This document shows positions 9,281-20,768 of a DNA stretch of 64,000 bases, piece by piece. The notes below the pieces were generated by a model. The model was not told where the DNA came from and made no database searches. It was given only the letters and a program-made list of their open reading frames with translations. How positions within the stretch are numbered: the first letter of the stretch is position 1; every line of letters starts with the position of its first letter. Source of the DNA: an uncultured bacterium (GTDB taxonomy: Bacteria > Patescibacteriota > Saccharimonadia > Saccharimonadales > Saccharimonadaceae); contig CALHIM010000011.1 of NCBI GenBank assembly GCA_938030735.1, positions 173,480 to 237,479 on the forward strand, given 5' to 3'. Both the position numbers and the translations under genes were made by a program.

Positions 9281-11119
9281 ATGCGGATATTAGCGAAAAA
9301 TTCGATTGATAAAATTGGTGAAAAAATTACTGTAAAAGGCTGGGTGAATTCTCGACGGGACCACGGTGGGTTGATTTTTATTGATTTACGTGATCACTCT
9401 GGATTGCTCCAGCTTGTGATTTCGCCAGAATTTGCAGAAAGTTTTGAATTAGCTGAAAAATGCCGTGATGAATTTGTGATTTCGGCAACTGGTGTAATAA
9501 AAGAGCGCGCTGAAAATTTGAAAAATCCAAATATTTCAACCGGTGAAGTTGAGCTTATTGTTGAAAATCTTGAAATTTTAAATCGAAGTGAACCTTTACC
9601 AATTGCAGTTTCAGATAATGGTCAAAAGTCAAATGAAGAATTACGTTTGAAATATCGTTTTTTGGATTTGCGCCGCGAAAAAATGCAAAAAATGTTGCGT
9701 CGCCGAGCGGAATTTTATCGTGAAATTCGAAAATTTATGGAAAATCACGAATTTATTGAAGTTGCTACACCGATTCTTGCAAATTCTAGTCCAGAAGGTG
9801 CACGTGATTTCTTGATTCCGAGCCGTGTTCACCCTGGAAAATTTTATGCTCTACCGCAAGCTCCGCAACAGTTTAAACAGCTTTTAATGGTTGGCGGAGT
9901 TGATAAATACTATCAAATTGCTACTTGTTTTCGTGATGAAGATCCGCGGGCGGATAGGCTTTATGGTGATTTTTATCAGCTTGACCTCGAAAAGGCTTTC
10001 GTTGAAAATGGTGAAGAGATTCGCTCAGAAATGGAAGTTCTCATTAAAGATCTAGTGAAGAATTTTGCTGAAAAAGAGCTTTTGAGTGAAGAAATTCCGC
10101 GAATTCCTTATGAAGTTGCGATAGAAAAATATGGTAGTGACAAGCCTGATCTGCGTTTTGGAATGGAATTGATTGATCTGAATGACGCATTGGCCGAAAC
10201 CGAATTCGGTGTATTTAAAAACACTGAATGTGTAAAAGCAATTTGCGTTAAAAATGGTGCAAGTTTGAGTCGAAAACAGATTGATAATTTCACTGAAATT
10301 GCTAAAAGCGAGGGTGCTGGTGGTTTGGCTTATTTGACTTATATGAGTAAGTATCAAACTCCCGAAGGTGATATCATGCAGTTTAGTGCCTATGAAAATT
10401 CAGAGAATATGATGGAGGGAGGATACATTAAGTCCCCTATTCTTAAATTTTTGAGACCAACTGAGGTTCAGGGAATTATTGAAAAAACTGGTGCACAGCC
10501 TGGTGATGCGATTTTCTTTGGAGCAGATAAACGTGAAGTTGTGAATAAAGTTCTTGGTCGTCTTCGAAATGAATTTGCTGATTTCTTTAATTTGAAAGAT
10601 GAAAATAAAGTGGCTCTCGCTTGGGTTGTAGATTTTCCATTTTATGAATTTGATGAGAAAAATAATAAAGTTGATTTTGGCCATAATCCATTTTCGATGC
10701 CAAAAGGCGGTTTTGAAGCGCTTCGAAATGCTAAATCTGATGCTGAAAAATTGGCAATTAAAGCCGACCAATACGATATGGTGATGAATGGCTATGAAAT
10801 CTGCTCAGGCGCTGTTCGAAACCATAACCCAGAAGTTATGTATGAGGCTTTTGGCTTGCTTGGCTATGATAAAAAATATGTTGAAGCAAAATTTGGTGCA
10901 ATGTTGAATGCGTTTAAATTCGGCGCTCCTCCGCATGCAGGATGTGCATTTGGTTTGGACCGAATTTTTATGATTTTAATGAACGAAGATAATATTCGTG
11001 AAGTGGTGGCATTTCCAAAAAATGGTTCGGGAGTGGATGTAATGATGAGCTCGCCGAGCTTTGTTGACGAAGGTCAGCTAAAGGAGTTAAAAATTGAGCT
11101 CTCTGAAGATGAAGAATAA
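9281..11119 (+). CDS. aspS: aspartate--tRNA ligase (bacterial type with GAD insertion)
   Basis: ORF 9239..11119 trimmed to ATG 9281 after AGGAGA. Class II motifs are present (FRDEDPRADR, GAPPHAGCAFGLDR), as is an OB-fold N-terminus (KGWVNSRRDHGGLIFIDLRD). Confidence 0.9.
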   Translation: MRILAKNSIDKIGEKITVKGWVNSRRDHGGLIFIDLRDHSGLLQLVISPEFAESFELAEKCRDEFVISATGVIKERAENLKNPNISTGEVELIVENLEILNRSEPLPIAVSDNGQKSNEELRLKYRFLDLRREKMQKMLRRRAEFYREIRKFMENHEFIEVATPILANSSPEGARDFLIPSRVHPGKFYALPQAPQQFKQLLMVGGVDKYYQIATCFRDEDPRADRLYGDFYQLDLEKAFVENGEEIRSEMEVLIKDLVKNFAEKELLSEEIPRIPYEVAIEKYGSDKPDLRFGMELIDLNDALAETEFGVFKNTECVKAICVKNGASLSRKQIDNFTEIAKSEGAGGLAYLTYMSKYQTPEGDIMQFSAYENSENMMEGGYIKSPILKFLRPTEVQGIIEKTGAQPGDAIFFGADKREVVNKVLGRLRNEFADFFNLKDENKVALAWVVDFPFYEFDEKNNKVDFGHNPFSMPKGGFEALRNAKSDAEKLAIKADQYDMVMNGYEICSGAVRNHNPEVMYEAFGLLGYDKKYVEAKFGAMLNAFKFGAPPHAGCAFGLDRIFMILMNEDNIREVVAFPKNGSGVDVMMSSPSFVDEGQLKELKIELSEDEE

Positions 11120-11684
11120 ATTGGCAAATTTTCAAAAAAAATTTGGTTTTTTAGTGGTTCTTATAATTGGTGGATTTTTGGTTCTGTTTCAATTTTCGAA
11201 AATTGTTTTTGCCGAAGAAGTGGCAAAAGAAAAGCCAACTGAAATTCAGATTTCGAAAATTAGTAAAAAATGCGACGATTTAAAAAATAATTTGAAAAAA
11301 CTTCGCTCTGAAGATGCTCTAAAAAGGGTCAATCTAGGTAAAAGCTATGAGAAGATTTCAAATGGATTGATGTCGAATTTTAATGCGAGAATTGCTCTAA
11401 ACAAGAAAAACGGTGCTGAATTAATCTTGACTGCTTCTGAATTTGAAGAGAATTTTAAGTATTTTAAAGAGAATTTTCAGATTTATGAACGGGAGCTTTC
11501 GGAATTAGTTTCGCAAGATTGCACTAAGAATCCGCGTGAATTTTACTTAAAACTTGAAAAAACACGTCGTGCTCGCCGAGAAGTAAATTACAACACTAAA
11601 AAATTGAATGAAATTGCTGAAAAATATAGTGTTCAGGTTCATGATTTTGTTGTAAAAAATACATCAGGAGTTTTGAATGAATAA
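11109..11684 (+). CDS. hypothetical secreted/membrane-anchored coiled-coil protein
   Basis: ORF 11094..11684. ATG 11109 gives an N-terminal hydrophobic segment (FGFLVVLIIGGFLVLF). It overlaps the aspS stop. Confidence 0.45.
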   Translation: MKNKLANFQKKFGFLVVLIIGGFLVLFQFSKIVFAEEVAKEKPTEIQISKISKKCDDLKNNLKKLRSEDALKRVNLGKSYEKISNGLMSNFNARIALNKKNGAELILTASEFEENFKYFKENFQIYERELSELVSQDCTKNPREFYLKLEKTRRARREVNYNTKKLNEIAEKYSVQVHDFVVKNTSGVLNE

Positions 11685-12090
11685 TTATTTGAATAAAATT
11701 AAAGCAAAAATTAAAAATCGGCCATTGGAATCGCAAAAAGAAATTAATGGTTCGCGCAATTTGCTAATTTTTCTTGCGGGAAGTTTAGGAATCGCATTAG
11801 TTTTGGTGATTGCGAGCTTAATTCTCTATGCTTCAGATGGAACTATTCAGCTTGATTTGAGCAGGCCAGTTTTGCAAGAGGCGCGTGAGGCTCAGAAAAA
11901 GGCAAAAAAAGAGGAAGAAGAACGCAAAAAAAACGAAAAAGATGAGGAGTTTTTACCGCAAGGTGGACTTTCGAATAAAGACATGGCGGATTTCGAAAGG
12001 CTTTATTCGCAGGCAAGAAAGAGAATTCATACAGATGAGTTTAGCGAAAACTCCTTAAGTGATGAAACTTTAAAAATAACAGACCAATAA
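11677..12090 (+). CDS. hypothetical membrane-anchored protein
   Basis: 137-aa ORF that overlaps the previous gene by 8 nt. It has one TM helix and a charged KKAKKEEEERKK tract. Confidence 0.45.
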   Translation: MNNYLNKIKAKIKNRPLESQKEINGSRNLLIFLAGSLGIALVLVIASLILYASDGTIQLDLSRPVLQEAREAQKKAKKEEEERKKNEKDEEFLPQGGLSNKDMADFERLYSQARKRIHTDEFSENSLSDETLKITDQ

Positions 12091-12099
12091 AGGAGAAAA

Positions 12100-12759
12100 A
12101 TGGCTTTTTTAAATCCGAAAGATTTTATTATTACTCGCAAGCGTAAACTTTATAAATTTGCGCTTTTCAATAATTCTGCAATTTGTTTTGAATTTAATGA
12201 ATGGCAAAAAGAAAATGCTGAAGTCAATAATTTAGAAATTGGTGCAGGAACAGGGCTTTTTAGCGAGGCTTTGGCGGCAAAAAATCCAATGAAGAATTTT
12301 GTGGCGGTTGATGTTAAAGCCGACCGACTAGTTAAAGGAGCTATTCAAGCTGAGCAAGATGGCGTTAAAAATATTCGTTTTTTGCGAGCGCGAGCCGACC
12401 AGCTTCTTGAAGCTTTTGGTGAAAATTCGGTAAAATATCTTTGGGTGACCTTTCCTGACCCTTACCCACGTGAGCGCAATTCGGGCCGCCGCTTAACACA
12501 CCCAACTTTTTTACGAATTTATGCTAAGCTTTTGGCTGAAGATGGTGCGCTCTACTTTAAAACGGATGCTAAGAACCTTTTCGAATGGAGTTTGGAGCAG
12601 CTTGTGACAGAAGGTTGGAAAATTGAACGGCTTAGTTTTGATTTACATGAAAGCAACTTGAACGAAAATTACAAAGTGATGACAACTTATGAGAAACGTT
12701 TTACGGCAGAAGGGCTAAAAATTAACTTCGTAAAGGCCGTACCACCGGAAAATATATGA
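12100..12759 (+). CDS. trmB: tRNA (guanine46-N7)-methyltransferase
   Basis: AAAGGAG SD. SAM motif [27 protein letters not shown] is typical of TrmB. Confidence 0.8.
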   Translation: MAFLNPKDFIITRKRKLYKFALFNNSAICFEFNEWQKENAEVNNLEIGAGTGLFSEALAAKNPMKNFVAVDVKADRLVKGAIQAEQDGVKNIRFLRARADQLLEAFGENSVKYLWVTFPDPYPRERNSGRRLTHPTFLRIYAKLLAEDGALYFKTDAKNLFEWSLEQLVTEGWKIERLSFDLHESNLNENYKVMTTYEKRFTAEGLKINFVKAVPPENI

Positions 12760-12784
12760 ATAAATAAATTTTGAAAGAGGTGAA

Positions 12785-15595
12785 ATGGCTGATTTTTTAG
12801 AAATTAAAGGTGCACGTGAACATAATTTAAAAAATGTAGATTTAAAAATTCCGCGTGACAAATTAGTGGTGATAACGGGGCTTTCTGGTAGTGGAAAGTC
12901 AAGTTTAGCATTTGATACAATTTATGCAGAAGGCCAGCGTCGTTATATGGAGAGCCTTAATTCTTATGCGCGACAATTTTTAGGCACAATGGACAAGCCA
13001 GATGTAGATCAAATTACGGGGCTCAGCCCGGCGATTTCAATTGATCAAAAATCTACCAGTCGCAATCCACGCTCGACTGTGGCAACCGTAACGGAAATTT
13101 ATGATTATCTACGTCTTCTTTTTGCACGAATCGGTACACCACATTGTCCAATTTGTGGCCGAGATGTGGTTCGGCGTACACCGCAAAGTATTGTTGATAG
13201 CATCATGAATCTTGAAGAAGGTTCACGGTTGATATTGCTTGCGCCAATCGCAAAAGCTAAAAAAGGTGAATTTGCGCATATCCCTGAAGAATTTTCGAAA
13301 AAAGGTTTTGCCCGCGCGAGGGTAGATGGAGTGATTTATGCTTTAGATGAATTCCCTGAACTTGAAAAAAATATTAAGCATAATATTGAAATTGTAGTTG
13401 ACCGTTTGGTGCTTTCGAAAGAGATGCGAACACGTTTAGCTCAAAGTGTTGAACAAGCGCTTGAAATGACTAGCGGAATTTTAGAGATTTTGAATGATGA
13501 AACTGGCGAGGTGAAGATTTTTTCTCAACGCTATGCTTGTGAGCTTCACCCAGATGAGCATATTCCAGAACTGGAACCGCGATTATTTTCATTCAACGCG
13601 CCACAAGGAGCTTGCGAAACTTGTTCGGGGCTTGGAACACGAATGGAGATTGACCCAGAATTAGTGCTTTCACCAAATTTGACAATTTCTGAAGGTGCGA
13701 TTCGTCCGTATAATCGTGTGATGGAAAAGGGATATCGAATTAAATTGCTTGAGGAAGTTGCAAAACACCATGGATTTTCAACAAAAGTCCCAACCAAGAA
13801 GCTTTCAAAAGAAGCGATTGATATTATTTTGTACGGTACAAAAACAGATGAAAAATATCCGATCGAAATGAATGGCCGTGTTTATAACATGAATTTTGAA
13901 GGCGTAATTCCAAATCTCGAACGCCGTCATCGCGATACGGGTAGTGAATTCCAGCGTAAAGATATCGAAAGATTTATGCGTGTTCGAAAATGTCAAACTT
14001 GTGGTGGAAAGCGCTTGAAGCCGGTTGTTCTTGCTGTGACGGTAGCCGGTTTGAATATTGTAGAAATTTGTGATCTTGCGATTGATGAAGCTGTTGAACT
14101 TTTCAAAAATTTAGAACTAAATGAGCAACAAAAGTTTATTTCAACTCAAATCCTAAAAGAAATTTCTTCGAGATTGGGCTTTATGAATAATGTTGGCTTG
14201 AATTATTTGGAGCTTTCGCGCGCAGCAAATACTTTGAGCGGTGGTGAGGCGCAGCGTATTCGCTTAGCTACGCAGATCGGTTCTGGTCTTCAAGGTGTGC
14301 TTTATGTTTTAGATGAGCCTTCAATTGGTCTTCACCAACGAGATAATGATAAATTGATTGCTACGCTAAAAAACCTTCGTGATCTGCATAACACTGTTTT
14401 AGTAGTGGAACACGATGAGGACACGATTCGAGCAGCAGATTGGCTTGTTGATGTTGGCCCTGGTGCTGGTGTGAATGGCGGAATGATTGTGGCTTCTGGC
14501 ACGCCTGAGGAGGTTTCGAAAAATCCTAAATCTTTAACAGGGCAATTTTTAAGCGGAAAAGATAAAATCCAAACACCAAAAAAGCGCCGAAAAATTCAGA
14601 AAAATGAAAAATTGGTGATTAAAAATGCACGAGAGAATAATCTGAAAAATATTGACGTTGAGATTCCGCTAGGTGTAATGACGGTAGTTTCTGGAGTTTC
14701 GGGCAGTGGAAAATCAACCCTAGTGAATGAAATTTTAAGTAAAGAATTATTAGCGCGCAAGCACCGCGCGCAAGAAGTTCCTGGTGCGCATGATGAAATT
14801 TTAGGTTTGGAAAAACTCGATAAAGCAATTGTAATTGATCAGAGCGCAATTGGTCGCACGCCGCGTTCGAATCCCGCAACTTATACTGGTGTCTTCACAC
14901 AGATTCGTGAGCTTTTTGCTGGCACGCCAGAAGCGAATATCCGTGGTTATAAAGCTGGTCGATTTAGCTTTAATGTTAAAGGTGGGCGCTGTGAAAACTG
15001 TCAAGGCGATGGCGTAATTAAAATTGAAATGCATTTTTTGCCAGATGTTTATGTGGAGTGTGATGTCTGTCATGGCAAGCGATATAATCGTGAAGCCTTG
15101 GAGATACTTTACAAAGGTAAAACAATCTCAGATGTTTTGGAAATGACAATTGATGAAGCAACCGAATTTTTCGAAAATATTCCTGCAATTCATCGAAAAT
15201 TAAAAACGATTCAAGAAGTTGGCTTAGGTTATATTAAACTTGGGCAACCTGCAACAACTTTTTCAGGTGGAGAGGCGCAACGAATTAAGCTCGCAACTGA
15301 GCTTGCTCGTGCTTCAACCGGTAAAACAATGTATATCCTGGATGAGCCTACAACTGGTTTGCATAATGCAGATGTTAAAAGATTGCTTTCAATTTTGAAC
15401 CGTTTAGTTGACGCTGGAAATTCAATGGTAATAATTGAACATAATTTAGATATTGTTAAAAGTGCTGACTGGCTAATTGATATGGGTCCAGAAGGTGGGG
15501 CTGGCGGAGGAACTGTTGTGGCGACTGGAACTCCAGAACAGGTTTCGAAAGTTGAAAAAAGCTGGACGGGAAAATACCTTAAAAATATCCTTTAG
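12785..15595 (+). CDS. uvrA: excinuclease ABC subunit A
   Basis: 936 aa with two ABC modules ([18 protein letters not shown]), LSGGEAQR signatures and CxxC zinc modules. Confidence 0.95.
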   Translation: MADFLEIKGAREHNLKNVDLKIPRDKLVVITGLSGSGKSSLAFDTIYAEGQRRYMESLNSYARQFLGTMDKPDVDQITGLSPAISIDQKSTSRNPRSTVATVTEIYDYLRLLFARIGTPHCPICGRDVVRRTPQSIVDSIMNLEEGSRLILLAPIAKAKKGEFAHIPEEFSKKGFARARVDGVIYALDEFPELEKNIKHNIEIVVDRLVLSKEMRTRLAQSVEQALEMTSGILEILNDETGEVKIFSQRYACELHPDEHIPELEPRLFSFNAPQGACETCSGLGTRMEIDPELVLSPNLTISEGAIRPYNRVMEKGYRIKLLEEVAKHHGFSTKVPTKKLSKEAIDIILYGTKTDEKYPIEMNGRVYNMNFEGVIPNLERRHRDTGSEFQRKDIERFMRVRKCQTCGGKRLKPVVLAVTVAGLNIVEICDLAIDEAVELFKNLELNEQQKFISTQILKEISSRLGFMNNVGLNYLELSRAANTLSGGEAQRIRLATQIGSGLQGVLYVLDEPSIGLHQRDNDKLIATLKNLRDLHNTVLVVEHDEDTIRAADWLVDVGPGAGVNGGMIVASGTPEEVSKNPKSLTGQFLSGKDKIQTPKKRRKIQKNEKLVIKNARENNLKNIDVEIPLGVMTVVSGVSGSGKSTLVNEILSKELLARKHRAQEVPGAHDEILGLEKLDKAIVIDQSAIGRTPRSNPATYTGVFTQIRELFAGTPEANIRGYKAGRFSFNVKGGRCENCQGDGVIKIEMHFLPDVYVECDVCHGKRYNREALEILYKGKTISDVLEMTIDEATEFFENIPAIHRKLKTIQEVGLGYIKLGQPATTFSGGEAQRIKLATELARASTGKTMYILDEPTTGLHNADVKRLLSILNRLVDAGNSMVIIEHNLDIVKSADWLIDMGPEGGAGGGTVVATGTPEQVSKVEKSWTGKYLKNIL

Positions 15596-15673
15596 AATAA
15601 ATTGTTCTAATTTTTTAAAAAATAGTATAATATACAATATAAAGTGCTTAATTTTATATTATGAAAGGAAAAA

Positions 15674-16687
15674 ATGGCGATTTTAGTAACTGGTGGTGCA
15701 GGATTTATCGGTGCCCACACTTCAATTGAACTTCTTGAAAATAATGAAGAAGCTATAATTATTGATAATTTTCTAAATTCGAAACCTAAAGCTTTAGAGC
15801 GAATTCGTAAAATTTCGGGCAAGGATTTTAAGTTTTATGAAGTTGATATTTTAAATAAAGATGAGCTTCGAAAAATTTTTCAAGAAAATAATATTGAGCA
15901 AGTGATACATTTTGCAGGCTTAAAAGCAGTTGGCGAAAGTGTTGAAAAACCACTTGAATATTATAAAAATAATATTCAAGGAACGATTTCTCTTTTGGAA
16001 ATTATGCGAGAGTTTAACGTTTATGATATTGTTTTTTCTTCGAGCGCAACAGTTTATGGCGATAAAAATCCAGTTCCTTATCGAGAAGAAATGCCTTGCG
16101 AAACAGCAACGAATCCTTATGGATACACTAAAGTTGTGATTGAACATATTTTGAAAGATCTAGCGAAGGCTGATGCGCGCTGGTCGATTACAATTTTGCG
16201 ATATTTCAACCCAATTGGTGCGCATGAAAGCGGTTTAATTGGTGAAGATCCACAAGGAATTCCAAACAATTTGATGCCGTATATTTCTCAAGTTGCTATT
16301 GGAAAACGAGAAAAACTTTCAATTTTTGGCGATGATTACGAAACTCCTGATGGCACAGGAGTACGTGACTATATTCATGTCGTAGATTTAGCTAAGGGTC
16401 ATTTGAAAGCATTAGAGAATAACCGCAAGAATGGTGGCGTTAAAATTTATAATCTCGGTTCAGGCTTGGGAATAAGCGTTTTGGAGCTAGTTCGTGCTTT
16501 CGAAAAAGCCTCTGGTAAAAAGATTCCTTTCGAAATAACTCCGCGCCGTGCAGGTGATATTGCATTTTGTTATGCTGATGTTGCTAAGGCTGAAAAAGAA
16601 CTTGGTTGGAAAACTGAAAAAACAATTGAAGAAATGTGCCGAGATTCGTGGAATTGGCAAAGTAAAAATCCGAATGGATTAATCTAA
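15674..16687 (+). CDS. galE: UDP-glucose 4-epimerase
   Basis: Rossmann motif TGGAGFIG, catalytic YGYTK, and GalE-like length and C-terminus. Confidence 0.85.
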   Translation: MAILVTGGAGFIGAHTSIELLENNEEAIIIDNFLNSKPKALERIRKISGKDFKFYEVDILNKDELRKIFQENNIEQVIHFAGLKAVGESVEKPLEYYKNNIQGTISLLEIMREFNVYDIVFSSSATVYGDKNPVPYREEMPCETATNPYGYTKVVIEHILKDLAKADARWSITILRYFNPIGAHESGLIGEDPQGIPNNLMPYISQVAIGKREKLSIFGDDYETPDGTGVRDYIHVVDLAKGHLKALENNRKNGGVKIYNLGSGLGISVLELVRAFEKASGKKIPFEITPRRAGDIAFCYADVAKAEKELGWKTEKTIEEMCRDSWNWQSKNPNGLI

Positions 16688-16777
16688 GAATATTAAAAAA
16701 GTTTGTTTTCGAACAGACTTTTTTATTTTTTTAAAAAAGTACTTGACTTTTTAAGCTACCTTGTATAACATAGAAGT

Positions 16778-17119
16778 ATGAAGGAACAAGAAAGTATTGA
16801 AAAATATGCTTCACAAATTTCAACCCAGATGCGAAAAGGTTTTATGGCGTTTTGCGTGCTAAAAGTTTGTGCAAAAAAGCCAGTTTACACCAGCGACATC
16901 ATTAAGGAATTGCGTGAAGCTAAAATGGTTGTGGTCGAAGGCACAATTTATCCGTTGCTATCAAGACTACAAAAAGATGGATTATTAAGCCATGAATGGC
17001 AAGAAAGTGAGCAAGGTCCGCCTAGAAAATATTACTCAATAACTGAATTTGGCGCTAGTGTTTGTGAAAAGGTTAGCGAAGAAATCAGCAAATTAAATAA
17101 AACAATCAGCAAACTTTAA
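16778..17119 (+). CDS. PadR-family transcriptional regulator
   Basis: 113-aa winged HTH (EGTIYPLLSRLQKDGLL...PRKYYSIT). Confidence 0.8.
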   Translation: MKEQESIEKYASQISTQMRKGFMAFCVLKVCAKKPVYTSDIIKELREAKMVVVEGTIYPLLSRLQKDGLLSHEWQESEQGPPRKYYSITEFGASVCEKVSEEISKLNKTISKL

Positions 17120-17127
17120 GGAGAAAT

Positions 17128-18708
17128 ATGAAAGAAATTACAAGAATTCATTTGGCGAAAATTCCTTACGAAATTGAAATTTATGCCAAAAAGAGGCTTG
17201 AAAAATATCTAAAAGATTTAAAAATCTACTCTGGCGATGAAGATATTTTCGAAGATGTGGAAATTCGAATTACTGAAATTCTAGCAGAACTTGGCGTAAA
17301 AGAAGGCGGAGTAATCACTGAAAAAGAAATTTCAAAAATTGAGGCTCAAATTGGCTCGCCAGAAGTGTTTCAAGATTTGAATTTTGAAAGTGAAAATGAA
17401 GAAATTCGCATTCCGAAAACTTCAAAAAAGCTATTTCGAGACGAACAAAATGGAATGATTTCAGGTGTGGCAGCAGGATTAGCACAATATTTGAGAATTG
17501 ATACGGTTTGGGTTAGATTAGCTTTAGTGGCTATGTTTTTTGTGAGTTTTGGTACAATTGTTCCAATTTATATTTTATCGATTCTTATAATTCCAGCGGC
17601 AAAAAATGCTAATGATATTTTGCGACTTCGTGGTGAAGTTATTACAGCAAGTGCAATTCGAGAAGTTAACGAAGAATATGATTTCGAGAAAAATGCAGCT
17701 CGAAATATGAAAATTGCTCGAATTTTTGGGATAATTTTTGGAATTTTTACAGTTTTTGCTTTTCTTGGTGGAATCCTAGCGATGTTTTTTGGAAACTGGG
17801 CATTAATGCAAATTGGCGAAATGGCTAATTTTGCCAACGCAAAGAGTGCTGCAACTGGTATAGTAATTTCAGCAAATATAATGGGAATTTCTTATTTGAT
17901 TTTTACGGCTTTTATTGCAAAAATGCTGTTTAAATTGAAAGCTTCGAAAATTGATATTATAGCAATTATTGTTTCGGTGGTAGTTGCTTTAGGTGGAATT
18001 TTGGGATCGATTTCTTTTACATCAATTTTACGCGATAAAGCTAATGAAAAGGTTTCGAAAAGTTTAGTCTCTGAACAAATTAAAATTAATTCTGAAAAAA
18101 TGGAAAGTGTTAAAAAACTGAAAGTTGATTCTTCAGTTTCTGTGTTCTATCACATTTCAGATGAGCGAAAAATTGAATTTACGCATATGAATTTTCGAAA
18201 ACATAATTTGAAAGTTGATTTTGAAGGAGAAACTTTGAAATTGAGTTTAAATAATGTTCCGCAAAATCTATATTTTGGTGGATTAGGCTATGAAGAAATT
18301 CATATTTATGGCCCAGAACTAAATGAAATTGATGTAACTTCAAATTCAAATGTAAATTATTTTGCGAAAGATGCCGAGAATATGAAAGTAAAAATGAATG
18401 GCGGTTCAGTTTATTTTGAAAATTCAGCCAAAATTACAAATTTAGAGATTTCGAAAGGTGAATATGGCGTGTTTTCAGGAAAACACATTGATGTTTTGAA
18501 CTTAACATTAAATTCAAATAGCGGAAGTGTTGAGCTAAATAATATTGAAAATGCAAATGTTAAAACTAAAAATTGTAGTTTTAATAGTCCAAAAGTTACT
18601 CGTTTGAAAGCTCGTGCAAAAAATGTAAAAGTGAATGATTATGATTTTAACGAGAACACTAAAGGCCAATGCTTTTATCTTGAAAGTTTAGATAGGGATG
18701 AATTTTAA
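17128..18708 (+). CDS. PspC-domain membrane sensor-like protein with N-terminal DUF1700/HAAS-like helices and C-terminal beta-rich domain
   Basis: PspC motif MISGVAAGLAQYLRIDTVWVRLALV, several TM helices, and a repetitive C-terminal domain reminiscent of DUF4097. AGGAGA SD 8 nt after the padR stop. Confidence 0.6.
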   Translation: MKEITRIHLAKIPYEIEIYAKKRLEKYLKDLKIYSGDEDIFEDVEIRITEILAELGVKEGGVITEKEISKIEAQIGSPEVFQDLNFESENEEIRIPKTSKKLFRDEQNGMISGVAAGLAQYLRIDTVWVRLALVAMFFVSFGTIVPIYILSILIIPAAKNANDILRLRGEVITASAIREVNEEYDFEKNAARNMKIARIFGIIFGIFTVFAFLGGILAMFFGNWALMQIGEMANFANAKSAATGIVISANIMGISYLIFTAFIAKMLFKLKASKIDIIAIIVSVVVALGGILGSISFTSILRDKANEKVSKSLVSEQIKINSEKMESVKKLKVDSSVSVFYHISDERKIEFTHMNFRKHNLKVDFEGETLKLSLNNVPQNLYFGGLGYEEIHIYGPELNEIDVTSNSNVNYFAKDAENMKVKMNGGSVYFENSAKITNLEISKGEYGVFSGKHIDVLNLTLNSNSGSVELNNIENANVKTKNCSFNSPKVTRLKARAKNVKVNDYDFNENTKGQCFYLESLDRDEF

Positions 18709-18721
18709 TTAAAGGAGGAAT

Positions 18722-19408
18722 ATGATTGAAGTTCGAAATATTTCAAAAATTTATGGCAAAAAGAAGAATCGTTTTCAAGCATTAAAAGATGTAAGTTTCA
18801 AGATTGAAAATGGTTCAAGCGTGGCGATTATTGGGAAATCGGGAAGTGGAAAATCAACACTGATTCATGCAATGAGTGGTCTAGACGCTCCAGAAAAAGG
18901 CGAAGTTTTAATGGATGGAGTAAATATTTTATCAATGAATCAAAAGAAGATTGATAAATTTCGTTCGAAAAAAATGGGATTTATTTTTCAAAGCTTTTTT
19001 GTGCAGGGAAATGAAACTTGTTTCGAAAATGTGAGTTTGCCACTTGAAATTGCTGAAGAGCCAATTTTTCGAAGGAAAGAAATTGTAGAAGACGCCCTAA
19101 AAGCGGTTGGTTTGAAAGATAAAATTAAAACACCAGCTCGTGACCTTTCGGGTGGGCAAAAACAGCGCCTTGCGATTGCGCGAGCAATTGTAAACTCGCC
19201 AGAAATAATTTTTGCAGATGAACCAACGGGAAATTTGGACTCTGCAACTAGTGAAAAAATTGAAAAATTACTTTTTGAATATAATAAAAAGTCTGGTGCA
19301 ACGCTATTTATTATTACTCATGATGAAGAATTGGCAGAAAAATGTGATATTCGGATTCGAATAAAAGATGGTGAAATAGAGCATATTGAAGGAGTTAAAA
19401 ATGCGTAG
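18722..19408 (+). CDS. ABC transporter ATP-binding protein (MacB/LolD-like)
   Basis: Walker A GKSGSGKST, signature LSGGQKQR, Walker B IIFADEPT. Confidence 0.9.
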   Translation: MIEVRNISKIYGKKKNRFQALKDVSFKIENGSSVAIIGKSGSGKSTLIHAMSGLDAPEKGEVLMDGVNILSMNQKKIDKFRSKKMGFIFQSFFVQGNETCFENVSLPLEIAEEPIFRRKEIVEDALKAVGLKDKIKTPARDLSGGQKQRLAIARAIVNSPEIIFADEPTGNLDSATSEKIEKLLFEYNKKSGATLFIITHDEELAEKCDIRIRIKDGEIEHIEGVKNA

Positions 19409-20705
19409 AGTTGATATTATTAAGCGAGCTGGAAAAAATATTCGTTTAGCAAAAGGGCGAACAATTTTGACAAGTTTGGCAATTGCGGTTGGTGCGACAA
19501 CTGTTGCACTCGCAATTGCAGCCGGAAAAGGTGGTAATGCTTATGTTGAAAGTTTAGCTAATAAATTAGGTGATCAAAATGCTTTAACTATCTCACGATT
19601 AATTAAGAATAAAAAAGACCCTTATGCGCCGAATAAGGTTGAATCAACTCGTGAAGATGCTGCCAAGAAAAAAGCTGAAATTGACGCTGAGAGCCACTCA
19701 TTTAAGAAAGAAGATTTAGATAAAATTTTAAAAATTAAAGGTGTTCGAAATGTCTCTCCGGCAGTTCCTGTAAAAATCGAGACTGTCCAGTCTGAAAATG
19801 GTATAAGATATGACGGATATGTTGCCACTAAAAATGATGAACAAGATATGGGGATTTCAGCTGGAAAACTAAGCAAAAATAATCAAATTGATAATGGAAA
19901 AGTTATCGCACCAAAAGCTTATGTTGAACCTTTTGGGGGTAAAAATCCTGCTGATATTGTGGGTAAAAAAGTAGTTTTCGAAATGAAAGATGCGGAAGGT
20001 AAAACTTTCAAAAAGACTTTTGAAATTCAAGCAGTTGATGCTGGAAAAACGGATACTAACTTTAACTATCACGGAAATTTCTGGATGAATAATAGTGATG
20101 GTTTGGAAATTGCGAAAAAGCAAAATTCTGGTGAAATGCGGTTTTATAGTGCGAGCGTAACAACCGACGGCACACGAAAAGTTGATGAAATTAAAAAGGA
20201 AATTACAGCATTAAACGGCGGTGAATTTTACCAAGTTTCCACTTTTGCAGATGATAAAGCAACGGTTCAAACAGCAATTAATGTTATGGCGGCGGGTCTT
20301 GCTGGATTTGGATTTTTGACACTTCTTGCTTCAGCTTTTGGAATTATTAACACGCAATATATTTCAGTTTTAGAGCGAACTTCACAAATTGGTTTAATGA
20401 AATCGCTCGGAATGCGAAAGAGTGATGTTTCGAAACTTTTTAGATACGAAGCAGCGCTGATTGGCTTGTTTGGTGGAATCATTGGAATTGTTGTAGCGTA
20501 TGGAATTACTTTCTTAAACCCTGTAATCAGTAGTGTCTTAAAACTGCAAAAAACTTCTGGCGTGGATACGAATTTACTTCAACCAGATTTATTCGCTTGG
20601 ATTTTATTGGTAGTTGGTTTGATGTTACTTTCGGTGATTTCTGGATTTTTACCAGCACGAAAGGCAGCAAAGATGAACCCAATTGAGGCTCTTCGAACTG
20701 AATAA
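19401..20705 (+). CDS. FtsX/MacB-type ABC permease with large extracytoplasmic domain
   Basis: ORF 19386..20705 trimmed to ATG 19401 after GGAG. TM1, a loop of about 250 aa, and a C-terminal FtsX domain (LMKSLGMRKSDVSKLF...PARKAAKMNPIEALR). Confidence 0.85.
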   Translation: MRRVDIIKRAGKNIRLAKGRTILTSLAIAVGATTVALAIAAGKGGNAYVESLANKLGDQNALTISRLIKNKKDPYAPNKVESTREDAAKKKAEIDAESHSFKKEDLDKILKIKGVRNVSPAVPVKIETVQSENGIRYDGYVATKNDEQDMGISAGKLSKNNQIDNGKVIAPKAYVEPFGGKNPADIVGKKVVFEMKDAEGKTFKKTFEIQAVDAGKTDTNFNYHGNFWMNNSDGLEIAKKQNSGEMRFYSASVTTDGTRKVDEIKKEITALNGGEFYQVSTFADDKATVQTAINVMAAGLAGFGFLTLLASAFGIINTQYISVLERTSQIGLMKSLGMRKSDVSKLFRYEAALIGLFGGIIGIVVAYGITFLNPVISSVLKLQKTSGVDTNLLQPDLFAWILLVVGLMLLSVISGFLPARKAAKMNPIEALRTE

Positions 20706-20714
20706 AGTTAATGA

Positions 20715-20746
20715 AATCGGCTCATTAAAAAAGTGAGCCGATTTTT
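20715..20746 (+). terminator. intrinsic terminator
   Basis: 10-bp stem: AATCGGCTCA pairs with TGAGCCGATT, followed by a T-run. Confidence 0.8.
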
Positions 20747-20768
20747 CTGAAAAAATAGAAAAAAAGTC

